Below are positions 37,834 through 48,119 of a stretch of DNA of 53,771 nucleotides, piece by piece. A program made the position numbers and the translations under genes. Source of the stretch: Macrostomum lignano (lineage: Eukaryota). The notes under the pieces were generated by a model that was not told where the DNA came from, searched no databases, and worked only from the letters and a program-made list of their open reading frames with translations. Each line of letters opens with the position of its first letter. The first letter of the stretch is position 1. The stretch is from positions 1 to 53,771 of the forward strand of contig NIVC01000784.1 of assembly GCA_002269645.1 (NCBI GenBank), read 5' to 3'.

Positions 37834-38849
37834 GGTTGGTAACATGTCGCGAGCTTGTAGAGTTTCTCCTCGAAGAAGAGAGCGCAGTTTCGAGCGCAGC
37901 GCGGCTTGGCCAATTTTATCTTCCTTGACGGGCTATCGATTTCCTGAATTACCCCCCCCCCCACTTTTGTCGTGGAGCCTCAGCAATTTGAGTAAGCAAA
38001 AATGCGGACAGTCGAGGCGGCTTCTCTACCTCTGCTGGCGCAGGCCGTCGGCCGCTCTCCGGAACGCGCGTGCATGAGCCCAGCGCCTGGCAGCTGCTGC
38101 CAAGATCGAGCGGCGAGTCTTGAGTCGCATCCCACCCCAGGGGAAGATCAGCAGTTCCGCGAGAAACACTGAGTTGGCCCACCCCGCTCCAGTTCCTGCT
38201 TGACACCTGTGCGACTTTGGACAACTTTTTTCCGTTTTATCGAGTAAAATGTTAAGATCCGCCTCTCTTATTCCTATATACTAAAAATGGTCTGTCGGTA
38301 TATGTGTGTTGAAATCCGCGGATGTTGAACCCGCTAAATTAAAATCCCGGGAACTACCTTAGGGTTCTTTGTATGCAATCCTTTGTCTGAAGTCATACTC
38401 AAACAAAAACTTGTTTAAGTATAGAGGTAATAAAAACTTGGAGTAAATTTGTGTTACAAAGTATATTTTTGGATAGAATACAAAGAATAGAATCTAAGAT
38501 TATACAAACACTTACAGCATCAGGACAATAATCTAATTGCATATATTTTTAAGTAAGGAGTTGAGATTAATTGGTAGCTTTTAAGTAAAATGAAGAAGCG
38601 ATGGCGATTGCTGCCCCCTCCCAATCAACTGGCAAAGCATGTGGCGCCCTTTTCCAGCAGGCTTTGCGCCCATCTTTCCAGAGGCTGGGCCCCTCTTTTA
38701 AAGTAGTCTTGCCCCCCCCCCCATAAAGAATTCCTGGCTGCGCCCCTGGTCTAAGACTAAGTGAGAGGAGACAAGTAATTATACTGTTTAAACTTTCTAG
38801 AGAAACTAAGCAGAGTAAGTATGCAAGGCATCAGCAAAGCCAAATTCAT

Positions 38850-39227
38850 TGTTTCTCAGGGGAGCAAAGATGAGGAGGCCAGCTGCAGTTCCAACGCATG
38901 AGCATTCAACATAAAGTTGGCCATATGAGAAGCAGGGTGACTCAAAGTTGATTGCGAAAATTCTTAGCGACTGTCCCTGGTCTTTGTTTTGGTCAGGGAA
39001 AAGAAAGCCTTCACTGGGATTCGTACTTGCTTGAACAAAAAGACAAGTTTGATGGAATCTTTGAAATTCTCCTAATAAACACAGATTGCCTTTTGCCAGA
39101 TCCTGTCACGATTTCCTCAATCACACTCGGAAAGAGTTGCTTGACGATTAGCCTGGTACCATTAAATTGCTTGTAGCATTATTGGTGCTCCCACTTTTAA
39201 CCGGAGGTATTCCCAGCGGCTCTAAAC
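38850..39227 (-). pseudogene. Helitron RepHel PIF1-like helicase relic (C-terminal part)
   Basis: Manual translation across frameshifts: LEPLGIPP, LKVGAPIML, NGTRLIVKQL, VFIRRI, QGQSL, PCFSYGQLYVECSCVG. These match Helitron helicase motifs LKVG.P.ML, CNGTRL, SQGQSL and FSHGQLYVA.SRV. Confidence 0.85.
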
Positions 39228-39265
39228 CAGGGATTAGCAAACTTTTTTACCTAAAGAGCCGGATA
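39228..39265 (+). mobile_element. Possible hAT (Charlie-like) terminal fragment
   Basis: CAGGGATTAGCAAACTTTTTT...AAAGAGCC resembles Charlie-type termini and sits exactly where the Helitron relic is cut; no partner end was found. Confidence 0.35.
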
Positions 39266-39418
39266 AGAATACAGCTTATGGCTGCGGGTCTGATGAGAGT
39301 GGAAAGGAGAGGTAAAAGAAGATGAGAGATGAGAGATGGGATGAGAGAAAAGATTGGTAGCAGCGGTGAAAAGAGAAAAGCTACGTCCGTAACCCAAGAG
39401 GATGTTACTATTAAGAAA

Positions 39419-40350
39419 ATGGCCTCAGCACATTTCTACAGCATTGGGCACATTGACCCAGACGAAGATCCGCTCAACAATGCAGATAAGTGGAACGACT
39501 ATGTGCAAGAAGTCGAGGTGTTCATGGAATTGCAAGGAATAGCTGACGAAAAGTAGCAAGCGATATTATTGCTTCTAGCAGAGCCAAAAATCCGAAATTT
39601 GCTGCAAACTGTAAGCTATGAACAAGGCTACGAAGCAACGAAGGAAGCGCTTAGCTCTCTATTTCAAGGTGCATCTAACAGTGTCCATGAGACCGAAAAG
39701 CTAAAAATTGAACGTCGAGTTCAAGCCTGAAGGAAAAGAGAGCACAGTGAAGCTCAGCTTCGAGGATCGTCTGCTACGCGATCTGATAGTCCTACAGAGC
39801 TTTTCAAAGCCGCTAAGGACTCTGCTGCTAAAGGAAGGCTCTGACCTCACCAGCAGTGAAAATCAGCAAGAATTTCGAAGCAACCCAGGCTAAAGACATT
39901 GAAAAACCATCCAATGAGTCAGCAAAATAGACTGCAGACCAACTGCCAAGCTACAGTCCAAGCACCAAAAAAGTGCGATCGAGTCTGCTACAGATGCAAA
40001 AGGACAGGCCACCGTCCCTGGGATTGCTTTGCTCGAAACATGGAATGCAAATTTTGCCAAAAAAACGGGCACATCAAGCAAGAATGCAGACTAAGTCTAA
40101 AGGCAGGGAGCAGAATGAACACCAGAAATATCCGGATGTCTGAGCAACCGGAAGAGAAAAGTGGCAACGAAGCGAATGGCGAAGAAATCAACACTGTCGC
40201 TGTGACTGAATCGAAGGACTCAGCAGGCGCAAGAGCCAAAGTGAAGATGTGGAATGCTTGTCACAGACAAATGCTACGACCCGACCTCCGCTGTGATTGG
40301 GAAGATGACTACACCTTCGCGTTCGCAGCTGCAGATGCAAGAACTCTAAG
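39419..40350 (+). pseudogene. Degenerate LTR-retrotransposon gag (Ty3/Gypsy-like) with two CCHC zinc knuckles
   Basis: DPDED..ADKWNDYVQEVEVF N-terminus, DRLLRDLIVL, then CYRCKRTGHRPWDC and CKFCQKNGHIKQEC (both CX2CX4HX4C); in-frame stops and frameshifts present. Confidence 0.75.
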
Positions 40351-40359
40351 CTAAGAAGA

Positions 40360-40690
40360 AATGCAGACAATTAGTCGCACAACGACTGGCTTGCTGCCAA
40401 ATATCGGTTTCTACGTAATATCGAGCACTGTTCGAGCAGCTTTCTTAAGGATTTTCGGACGCCTGATCGAGCAGATGCTTGCATCGTGGATAGTTAGACA
40501 TATATTTCGTCCAAAATTAATACACAGCTCTTCTGATGACAGCTTAACTTGTCAAATGTGATATTGATTGTTTCATGTGCATCGGCTTCGGTTCCGATCT
40601 CTCCTAGACCAGCAAGTTGAGTGCGCAATTTGCGTTGGAGAGGCAAAGGTAGCCGCATCCGTGCATACGCGTAAACATAACTATTAAGTA
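40360..40690 (-). pseudogene. P-element/THAP9-like transposase relic
   Basis: Manual translation: AYARMRLPLPLQRKL...KSCVLILDEIYV*, then after a shift AARTVLDIT*KPIFGSKPVVVRLI. This resembles the LP.RTL / C.L..DE..IK / A.TVL..M.K.LFG segments of P-superfamily transposases. Confidence 0.55.
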
Positions 40691-42300
40691 TAGAAAAGAG
40701 CAGTAAAAGGTTTTTTTGACCAAAAACTCTAACAATGAAATGTGAGGAAACGGGTACTCAAACTGTTGTGTGTCGAGATTAAGATGATAAGCGGTGCAAA
40801 GCTATCGTTTGTATTTGACGGCTGAATCAGGAATCTTGAGCGCGTAGCTCCAGACGGGGTCTTGAGGAGAAAAAGGGCTGAAACCAAGAGGGGAGCTCTG
40901 CGAAAGAAAGAGTATAATGCCATAGACTAACTAAACAGCAACAGAACGAAAGTTGAGCGAAGCTTGTCACATAAACAGGAAAACAATAATGTACCAACGT
41001 TATAGGCTGAGCTCTAATGCACAACACAAACAATGATCGAGGTTGAAACGCATGGCAGGCCCCTCAGTGAGAATGTCTGTGGCCCAAACCCCACTGATTC
41101 AGTGCAAAGACAGTGGGCGGGTGAGCATGAAACGGGTTTCACGCCCACCGAGACTGGAGGAATCTAGCACGCTGACGAGTGCGTCAATGGCTGAAACACG
41201 AGTGCGCGTAGCGCACGAGGGTTTTTTCCATAGACGCACAAGTCAAAGTGCCTGATTCCCATTCTTATTTGATCCAACATGTGTGGCTAAAGTAGAAAAG
41301 GGTGGACCTGGGGGTATGGAGTTAGACTTGAACCATAGACAAAATATGCGCGAGCTAGTCTGAACATTCTTGCACGATGGAAAGAAGATTATGCTTGTAG
41401 TCTATGGCTGTTCTGCTAAATATAGAAACATTGCGCATTACATTCTTGCACGATTGAAATTCCTGCACGGAGTGCACATGTAAATCCAAGGTGCTTTTAC
41501 CATTGACACTTGCATTTCTGCACGCATATGGTGACTTCCAAAGCATTCTTGCACGCTGGATCAAATAAGAATGTCTGTGGTGAATCCTTAGTTGGCGCAA
41601 ATGCTATGGACTGCAACACTATGTATAGATAAGCTTCTCGGGCAGACTTTAATTACGTCTTGCCTTACTCATCCTTGTTTAGTCGGCAAATTTTAAGCCA
41701 AGGAAGGAAGTAAATTATCAAGAGCATCTCTATGTTAGACTGAATGCTCCGGACAGACAATATGTTTACGAGTAAATTTAGTTTTAGCCAAGTCTTCTGT
41801 ATGACCGCAGGACGACACATCGCACAAATTACTCTGTTGAGATGCGCCCATTAAAGATGAAGAACATCAATGCTCGATGATTGCTTTGGCAAAGTGCCGG
41901 AACGGAGCAACGCAGGCTACAAGAAGGTCGGATTTTTCCCATATCCAATACACCCCTGTGCGCCAATCAGCACTGCGCCTCAGTGCAGCCTTTCCAAGCC
42001 TCCAACTTTCATCAGCACGTCGACCACATGTGTCTGCATCAGCTATGACTTCGTTGGTCACTGGTCTTTACCCAGACGGAGCTTCTGGACCTTCAACGGC
42101 TGGCCTCAGGGGACTATGGATATCCTGCTGCGACACAAGGCTTTTCAAGGGAAGCCTCAACTGATGGATATTCTCAGCTATAGAATCTCAAGCATTCCGT
42201 CTTAAGAACTCCAAAGCTCCGACGCCGTCGACACCATCAACAGATGCCATCCGTTGAAAGGTAATTCCCCCCGCTAATGGCTCCCTTGCTGGCGGCACTT

Positions 42301-42611
42301 GCCAATGTGAATTACCACAGTAGCAATACGCCTATCTCGCCAATGTGATTTACCACAGTAGCAATACGCCTATCTCGCCAATGTGATTTAGCACAGTAGC
42401 AATACGCCTATCTCGCCAATGTGATTTAGCACAGTAGCAATACGCCTATCTCGCCAATGTGATTTACCACAGTAGCAATACGCCTATCTCGCCAATGTGA
42501 ATTACCACAGTAGCAATACGCCTATCTCGCCAATGTGATTTACCACAGTAGCAATACGCCTATCTCGCCAATGTGATTTACCACAGTAGCAATACGCCTA
42601 TCTCGCCAATG
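42301..42611. repeat. 38-bp minisatellite, 8 full copies plus a partial
   Basis: Unit GCCAATGTGATTTACCACAGTAGCAATACGCCTATCTC; copies start every 38 nt from 42301 to 42605. Confidence 0.97.
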
Positions 42612-42676
42612 CGTTCTGCAGCGAATCTCGGTATCCAGCAAAATTTGCACGATTTTCGGGTATAGCGAGCTTCATT

Positions 42677-42869
42677 GGGCCGTATGCAGAAAGCTCTGTC
42701 TAGGGTAGTCCGGTATTGAAAAGCTAGTCTGGACTTGGATTTGGTATGCAGAACACAAAGTTAGACCGGTCTACTATAGACAGAACTAGGGTAGCTGGAC
42801 CATAGACCATAGACTGAACTACCCAAGTCCGGACTAGCTAGTCTGGACTAAGCTTTATGCATACGGCCC
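42677..42869. mobile_element. 193-bp MITE, PIF/Harbinger (Tourist)-like
   Basis: TIRs GGGCCGTATGCAGAAAGCT / AGCTTTATGCATACGGCCC (18 of 19 match), 3-bp direct repeat ATT on both sides (42674-42676 and 42870-42872), non-coding interior. Confidence 0.8.
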
Positions 42870-43639
42870 ATTGTCTATATTGGACTAGAAGTCCAATTTT
42901 AAAGCAAATATGTCAACTCAATTTCCCAAAATATTTTTCTCGATTTTTCGATTCGATTTCGAGAGAAATTTTCGGGCCACTCAGCGGGAAAGAAATTCGA
43001 CAAGAATGAGCTCGCCAGCTGCTCTCAAATACACTTCCTTGCCTCCAGTTTTATTTTTAAGGGAGGAAGCGACAGCACTTCAAGCCTGTTCTGTAGCTCC
43101 CAGCCCCATGCCCACTTGCCTCCCAGACCGATATGCGGTAAGCTGGGGTCCTTCGCCTGACACATGTCGGACACCGAGGCAGCCGCTGGAGCCCCCCCCC
43201 CCTGAAAATTCGAGTGCTGAGTTGGCAGTCTGGCAAAGTTGATAAGCTGTGTAAACACTCAAGCAGAAAGACGCAACACTCATAAATCATTAGCAAGACA
43301 GGAATCTTTAGTTTTTTTTGCAAAAACTTCAAAATTTCTCACCTTCTGGGCTTTTGAACTACGAATGACAAGTTCGGTTTTTTGTCTGAAGTGCACTGAC
43401 AAGTTTATCAAGCAATTACGAGTATTTCGTGAAATTCTACTAAATTCCGGCTTTTTCTTGTCATCACTTTCATGCATTTCTATCGAATCTCCTTGACAAA
43501 ATTTGCCTATGGCTCCAATGATATTTTCAAACTCTCGCTCCACTATATTCCACTGAGCAATGCATTCAAAAAGTGGTTCAATAGGCAGACAAGTCGTTTA
43601 AAAATTGTTACTGAAATGAATCAAGTCTGCATTGGGCAG

Positions 43640-45291
43640 TCAGGCATTCTGGGACCTGTCCAGCCAGTCCAGGAACTCTCGATAGTTCAGCTTGCCGCTG
43701 TAGTCCGAGTCCCCCTCCTCGAAGAAGCGATCAAAGTCGGCCAGCTTCAGCAGCGAGTTCGAGCGCATCTGGCGAACCACGGATTTCAGCTCCTTCTTCG
43801 TAATGTGCCCGTTGCCGTCCTTGTCGATGGTCTCGAACAACTCGCGCCACTGGCTGTACCTTTCGATTCGATTGTGTGAGAGAAATAAGCGGCACTTTTA
43901 GCCGTAGCTACTAAGAGTAGAAATTCGCCAATTTAGCACATATATTATCCATGACTGTTAGTGGAATCAGGTAATTAATTAATAATCAGGCAAACGCGAT
44001 CTTAGCACCAAATAACGTGATGAAACAACGACAGCTTTTCTGTATTCCAGGTGTGAAAAAACGTTTGCATCAATACTGCACCTTTAGTGTCGATTTATAA
44101 ATTTTCCATTCAGACTACCTGTTCGGCTATATTTATTACTGAAACCGAGAGAACTCATTAGCACCAATTCAATTAACCATCATCAGGTTAAATCCCTAGT
44201 GCAAAAGGCGGTGAGACATGCAGCTCACGTGTTTTGTTGTTAAACGAGGCTGCCGTGAGGTGCGGATCAGCCCTGTTATTCACTACCGCTGAGAATAAGC
44301 GTGGGTCCACCAGGAGCATAAGCTCGGGCCACCTGTTATTGAATTCCCTATGGGGGCTGCATCACAAAGATAGCAGACCTACGGCTGGGGTAGCCTGGAG
44401 CCAAATGAGGTCCTAACTGCAAAGCTCATTATTATTTGCAAGGCTTGGCACCGCCAACCCACTTTAGCAGACCAAGGTCCGGCCTCCTCAGAGACCATCA
44501 TCTGCCGGTGTAAACTACTCATCAGACAGGGTTGACCATTTGTGCTCATGTCCAGGAGATCAGCTTCAGCCGGTGTGAACTATCCACACATGCCACACAC
44601 CCTCAATTACACAAGCTAATGCTTGTATCCATTCTAAAGCTGGATAAACTGAAGTAATGCAGAGTTAAGTGTCTTGCTCAAGGACACAAATTGTTCCAGT
44701 GGGATCGGGAATCGAACCCCAGACCTTTAAGTCGTGAGTCTGACGCTCTAACCACTAGGCTACAGCCCCCTGATGCGCACATAAAGACCATAACTGACAA
44801 CAGAGCTAAAAGTTCTGTAAATGTTCTGTACTTAAAAACGCTAACCGGACCACTTGCTATCGAAGCAATGCCATTCAGACAATGATGAGTCATCGTTAGA
44901 AAATTATATCTTTAAAGAACCATAAATGAGTCGAAATTCTCACTTCTAATTAATCTCCCATTGACTAGAGGTGAAATGAAGCTGCATAATTCTTACTCTC
45001 TCTGAGCCTTGGGAATCTCCTTGAGCGTGTTCTGGTACTCCTCCAGAGTGATCTTGCCGTCCCGGTTTCGATCGAAGAGGCGCAAGTATCTCTGAAATGT
45101 TAAAAATCGCGGCGCTGGTACCATTTTGGTGTAAAAGCGATGCGAGCTCAATTCAGTTAGCGCACCTGAACAAACAGCTCATTATAGCGCTTCTTGTACA
45201 GGTAAGTCCTCAGCTCGTCTGCCGTGATCTCCCCGGAGTTAGACTTGTCTATGGTCTTGAATGCCATCAGCAGGTCCTGGTCTGAGGCCAT
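43640..45291 (-). CDS. Calmodulin-like four-EF-hand calcium-binding protein, 146 aa, 3 exons
   Basis: Exons 45291-45166, 45091-44997 and 43859-43640 total 441 nt with GT-AG introns and no frameshift. Loops: DKSNSGEITADE, DRNRDGKITLEE, DKDGNGHITKKE, DSDYSGKLNYRE. Confidence 0.92.
44229..44770 (-). mobile_element. tRNA-derived SINE with CORE-like domain, inside intron 2 of the EF-hand gene
   Basis: Head GGGGGCTGTAGCCTAGTGG (A box)...GGTTCGATTCC (B box), then TGTGTCCTTGAGCAAGACACTTAACTCTG...CAGTTTATCCAGC, similar to the MIR CORE. The 3' limit (AACAACAAAAC tail) is tentative. Confidence 0.75.
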
Positions 45292-46896
45292 GTCACTGCG
45301 ATAAGGAACTCCAGTCTGGGGATTCACAGACTCGGCCCTCGGCTAAGGATAGCGGTTTGGGAAGCGCAACACGCAGGGTGATTGGGATTTAAGGCCGACG
45401 GAGCGGCGCCGGCTCCTCCCAAAACAATCAATTATCAGTCAGAACGGGAAACTCGACTGACGCGGCGGCTCAAAGGCGGCAGGGCGATTCTGTTTGGATT
45501 CGATTCGGATCGAACGGACAGCTGGCAGCAACCTTTTGATGTCGATTTCTGTTAAAATATCCCATCGAGTTGCTCAAAGCATTCGTTAGCCGTTGTGAAT
45601 CCAGCAGTCGATCAATATGGCAGAAATTTTTCCTTAAAACGCAGTGAGGTGGAGCGATGCATCGACCTCAAGCTTGCGTTGCTGTTCGTCCAAGCACAAA
45701 GGCTTTGTGGTGTAGCATCAAACACTCGCTTGTCTAGATATTTACGAGTAGCAAGCTGGAGAATAATTTGAGACCATTTTCATGCCTCACTAAATCAAGC
45801 AACCTGGTCATGTTTTGTTTTGCTCGACAAGGAAGTCTCATGGATTCTCAATCACACTAAGTTAGTAGGCCGGTAATTCTCAAGTTTCCCATTCGTTAGC
45901 ACTAAATCGCAAAATCGAAGAGGAAGTACGCGGTCTAGTCCAAGAGTGGGTCACAGGTTGCGCAGCAAAACAGTTATTGAAGACCGGAAAAACGCTCTCG
46001 GAATGGATTTTGCAAAGATTTGACATTGATATGAACTAAGCAGGTAGGAGAACTGAGACTTAGCCGGAGCATTGCTTGCTTTCCAATCTCCAGTTGCATT
46101 TCCGGTAGTAAAAATTGCGAGTCACAGCTCGACAATCAGGTGAGCGAACCTCGGACAAAGCGCCTACTTGATCAAATAGCAGTTAGGAAATCCAGATCAA
46201 ACATTTCCTATTCGGAACCAAATTGTAACGGAATTCAATAAGCACAAGTTCAATTCAAAATGAGATTTCTTAGAATAGTTTCCGAAAATATTTTTGCGTG
46301 CAAAGTTCTCTGGGGTACGCCAGCACGAGCTTGATGCAATGTTGGTTTTGTAAACTTATTAATTTAAATGTCATGAAAATTCTCATGAAAATTCTCTTAG
46401 TTTCATCAGTCCAGCTCAGTACAAGGACAACTGTAATTGCATGCTGCTTTGCGTCGAGTACAGTGACAGACAATTGAAGCCAGAGACTTCAGTAGTAAAC
46501 TTTTCTGTTAATCAAAAACTCGTTTCTGCTGCGTTTTGCTCAATACTTGGTTTATTTAAACAAAATTAATTCTGTGACACTCGCTCGTACTTTACTTTCG
46601 AAGTTGACTTTCAGTGCAGTGCAGTACGCGTGTAGTATGGACGATTTGCAAAAATTTATTGCTGATAAGATGCACTTCATGGACAGCTAAAGTAGAAGGA
46701 AATCGTTTGATTTGACAAATTGACAATATCTTACCACCAGGACTTAAGAATTTCCTATGAAGCAAGTTGGTGTTTTGTTAAACTACGAGTGCTACCGGAG
46801 ACCGGAAACCAAGCCAATCTAGCAAATTTTTGCTAAATCCGTTTAAAGAATTCAACAGCAGTCTGTTTTGGACGGTCTTAAATAATATTTTCCAAA

Positions 46897-48069
46897 TGTA
46901 GTGCATGCGCCCTTGTCAGTTGGCAGGGCGCGTTGCACTTTGGGGCTGGTTGGGGGGGGGGGTTGGCGGGCGTGGCAGGGTTTGGCCGCCGGCCGGGCTT
47001 TGCGCGTGCCCCTCCCCAGCCGTGCCCCTGCCCCGTGCTCAGGGCTGGTTGGCTGCGGCCGGGCCAGCTTTGGCGCGGGTGCTGCCCCTCCCCCTTAGGC
47101 GGGGTTTTGATTGGCTGGGCCGGCGTGGCTTGTTTTGGTGAGCTTAGCCGGTGGGGCCGTCTGCCCCAGGGTTTGGGTGCTATTTATGGTGCGACTCTGG
47201 CTCTTGCCCACCACCTGCGTGCTTTTTGTGTTTTGGTGTGCTCCGAGAGTGCAAGCGCGAGACCTGATAAAAGAAACAGCAACATTAGCTACTTCGATAA
47301 AAGAAACAGCAACATTAGCTACTTCGATAAAAGAAACAGCAACATTAGCTACTTCGATAAAAGAAACAGCAACATTAGCTACTTGGATAAAAGAAACAGC
47401 AACATTAGCTACTTCGATAAAAGAAACAGCAACATTAGCTACTTCGATAAAAGAAACAGCAACATTAGCTACTTGGATAAAAGAAACAGCAACATTAGCT
47501 ACTTGGATAAAAGAAACAGCAACATTAGCTACTTCGATAAAAGAAACAGCAACATTAGCTACTTCGATAAAAGAAACAGCAACATTAGCTACTTCGATAA
47601 AAGAAACACAATAGCCTAATCGAGAAGAGTCTTGGAGAATTAAGAAGAAGTCGGAAACTGCGCTTGAGACCTGCGAATAATAAACGGTGAACAGTCATCT
47701 GGCCACTGGTAAGCCGCCTGCTGTTTGAGTCCTTTCTTTTCGGGAAGCTTGCTAGGCCGAATTCTTGCCAGAGCGTCATAACGCCGGGAGACCATATAGC
47801 TTCTGTAGTACGGTACCGTTTACCATATATATTGCGTACGCCCTACGGTATAGAGAATAGAAGCACTCGAGAGTGTCACCACACCTCGAGCCGCAGCGTG
47901 AACTCTGAGTGTCACAACACCAGAGGGATCGAATTATTATCGCAGAGCGTCGCCACGCCTGCTCGTCGTATTCATAAAAGTACAGACAGAGCGTCACAAC
48001 GCCTGTTATATCACATATAATATATATTGTACTCGGGACTGGGCACCCAAGCCGACCCGGGTCACAACA
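46897..48069 (+). repeat. Putative 5' LTR (~1.17 kb)
   Basis: Ends TCACAACA 3 nt before the PBS. Candidate start TGTAGTG matches the reverse complement of the end at 6 of 7 positions where AT-rich host DNA turns GC-rich. AATAAA at 47679. The 3' LTR is outside the window; an alternative start is 47804. Confidence 0.5.
47266..47608. repeat. 30-bp minisatellite, 11 full copies plus a partial, within the putative LTR
   Basis: Unit GATAAAAGAAACAGCAACATTAGCTACTT(C/G). Confidence 0.97.
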
Positions 48070-48072
48070 AAT

Positions 48073-48119
48073 TGGCGCCCGAACAGGGACTCGAACCCTG
48101 GACCCTCAGATTGAAAGTC
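48073..48119 (+). promoter_or_regulatory. Primer-binding site complementary to the 3' end of tRNA-Lys(UUU), extended to 47 nt
   Basis: TGGCGCCCGAACAGGGAC is the canonical tRNA-Lys3 PBS, and complementarity continues through TCGAACCCTGGACCCTCAGATTGAAAGTC. Confidence 0.92.

Noticed and set aside
38590-38750. GC-rich segment ending CCCCCCCCCC...CCTGGCTGCGCCCCTG (similar C-run segment at ~43190)
   Set aside because: It resembles ends of common invertebrate non-autonomous repeats, but no matching second terminus or TSD was found.
41867-42205. Overlapping ORFs of 64-111 aa in moderately GC-rich DNA
   Set aside because: No recognisable domain, splice context or preferred frame; it could be a decayed fragment but cannot be assigned.
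42301-42611. CRISPR-like appearance of the 38-bp array (also the 30-bp arrays)
   Set aside because: The units are head-to-tail with no unique spacers, there are no cas genes, and the context is eukaryotic.
44701-44770. Functional tRNA gene on the minus strand
   Set aside because: A and B boxes are present, but the anticodon and acceptor stems do not pair properly and it runs into a CORE-like SINE body.
48073-48119. tRNA-Lys or tRNA-Glu gene on the minus strand
   Set aside because: The 5' third of the tRNA is missing, CCA is encoded, and it sits 3 nt after an LTR end, so it is a PBS.
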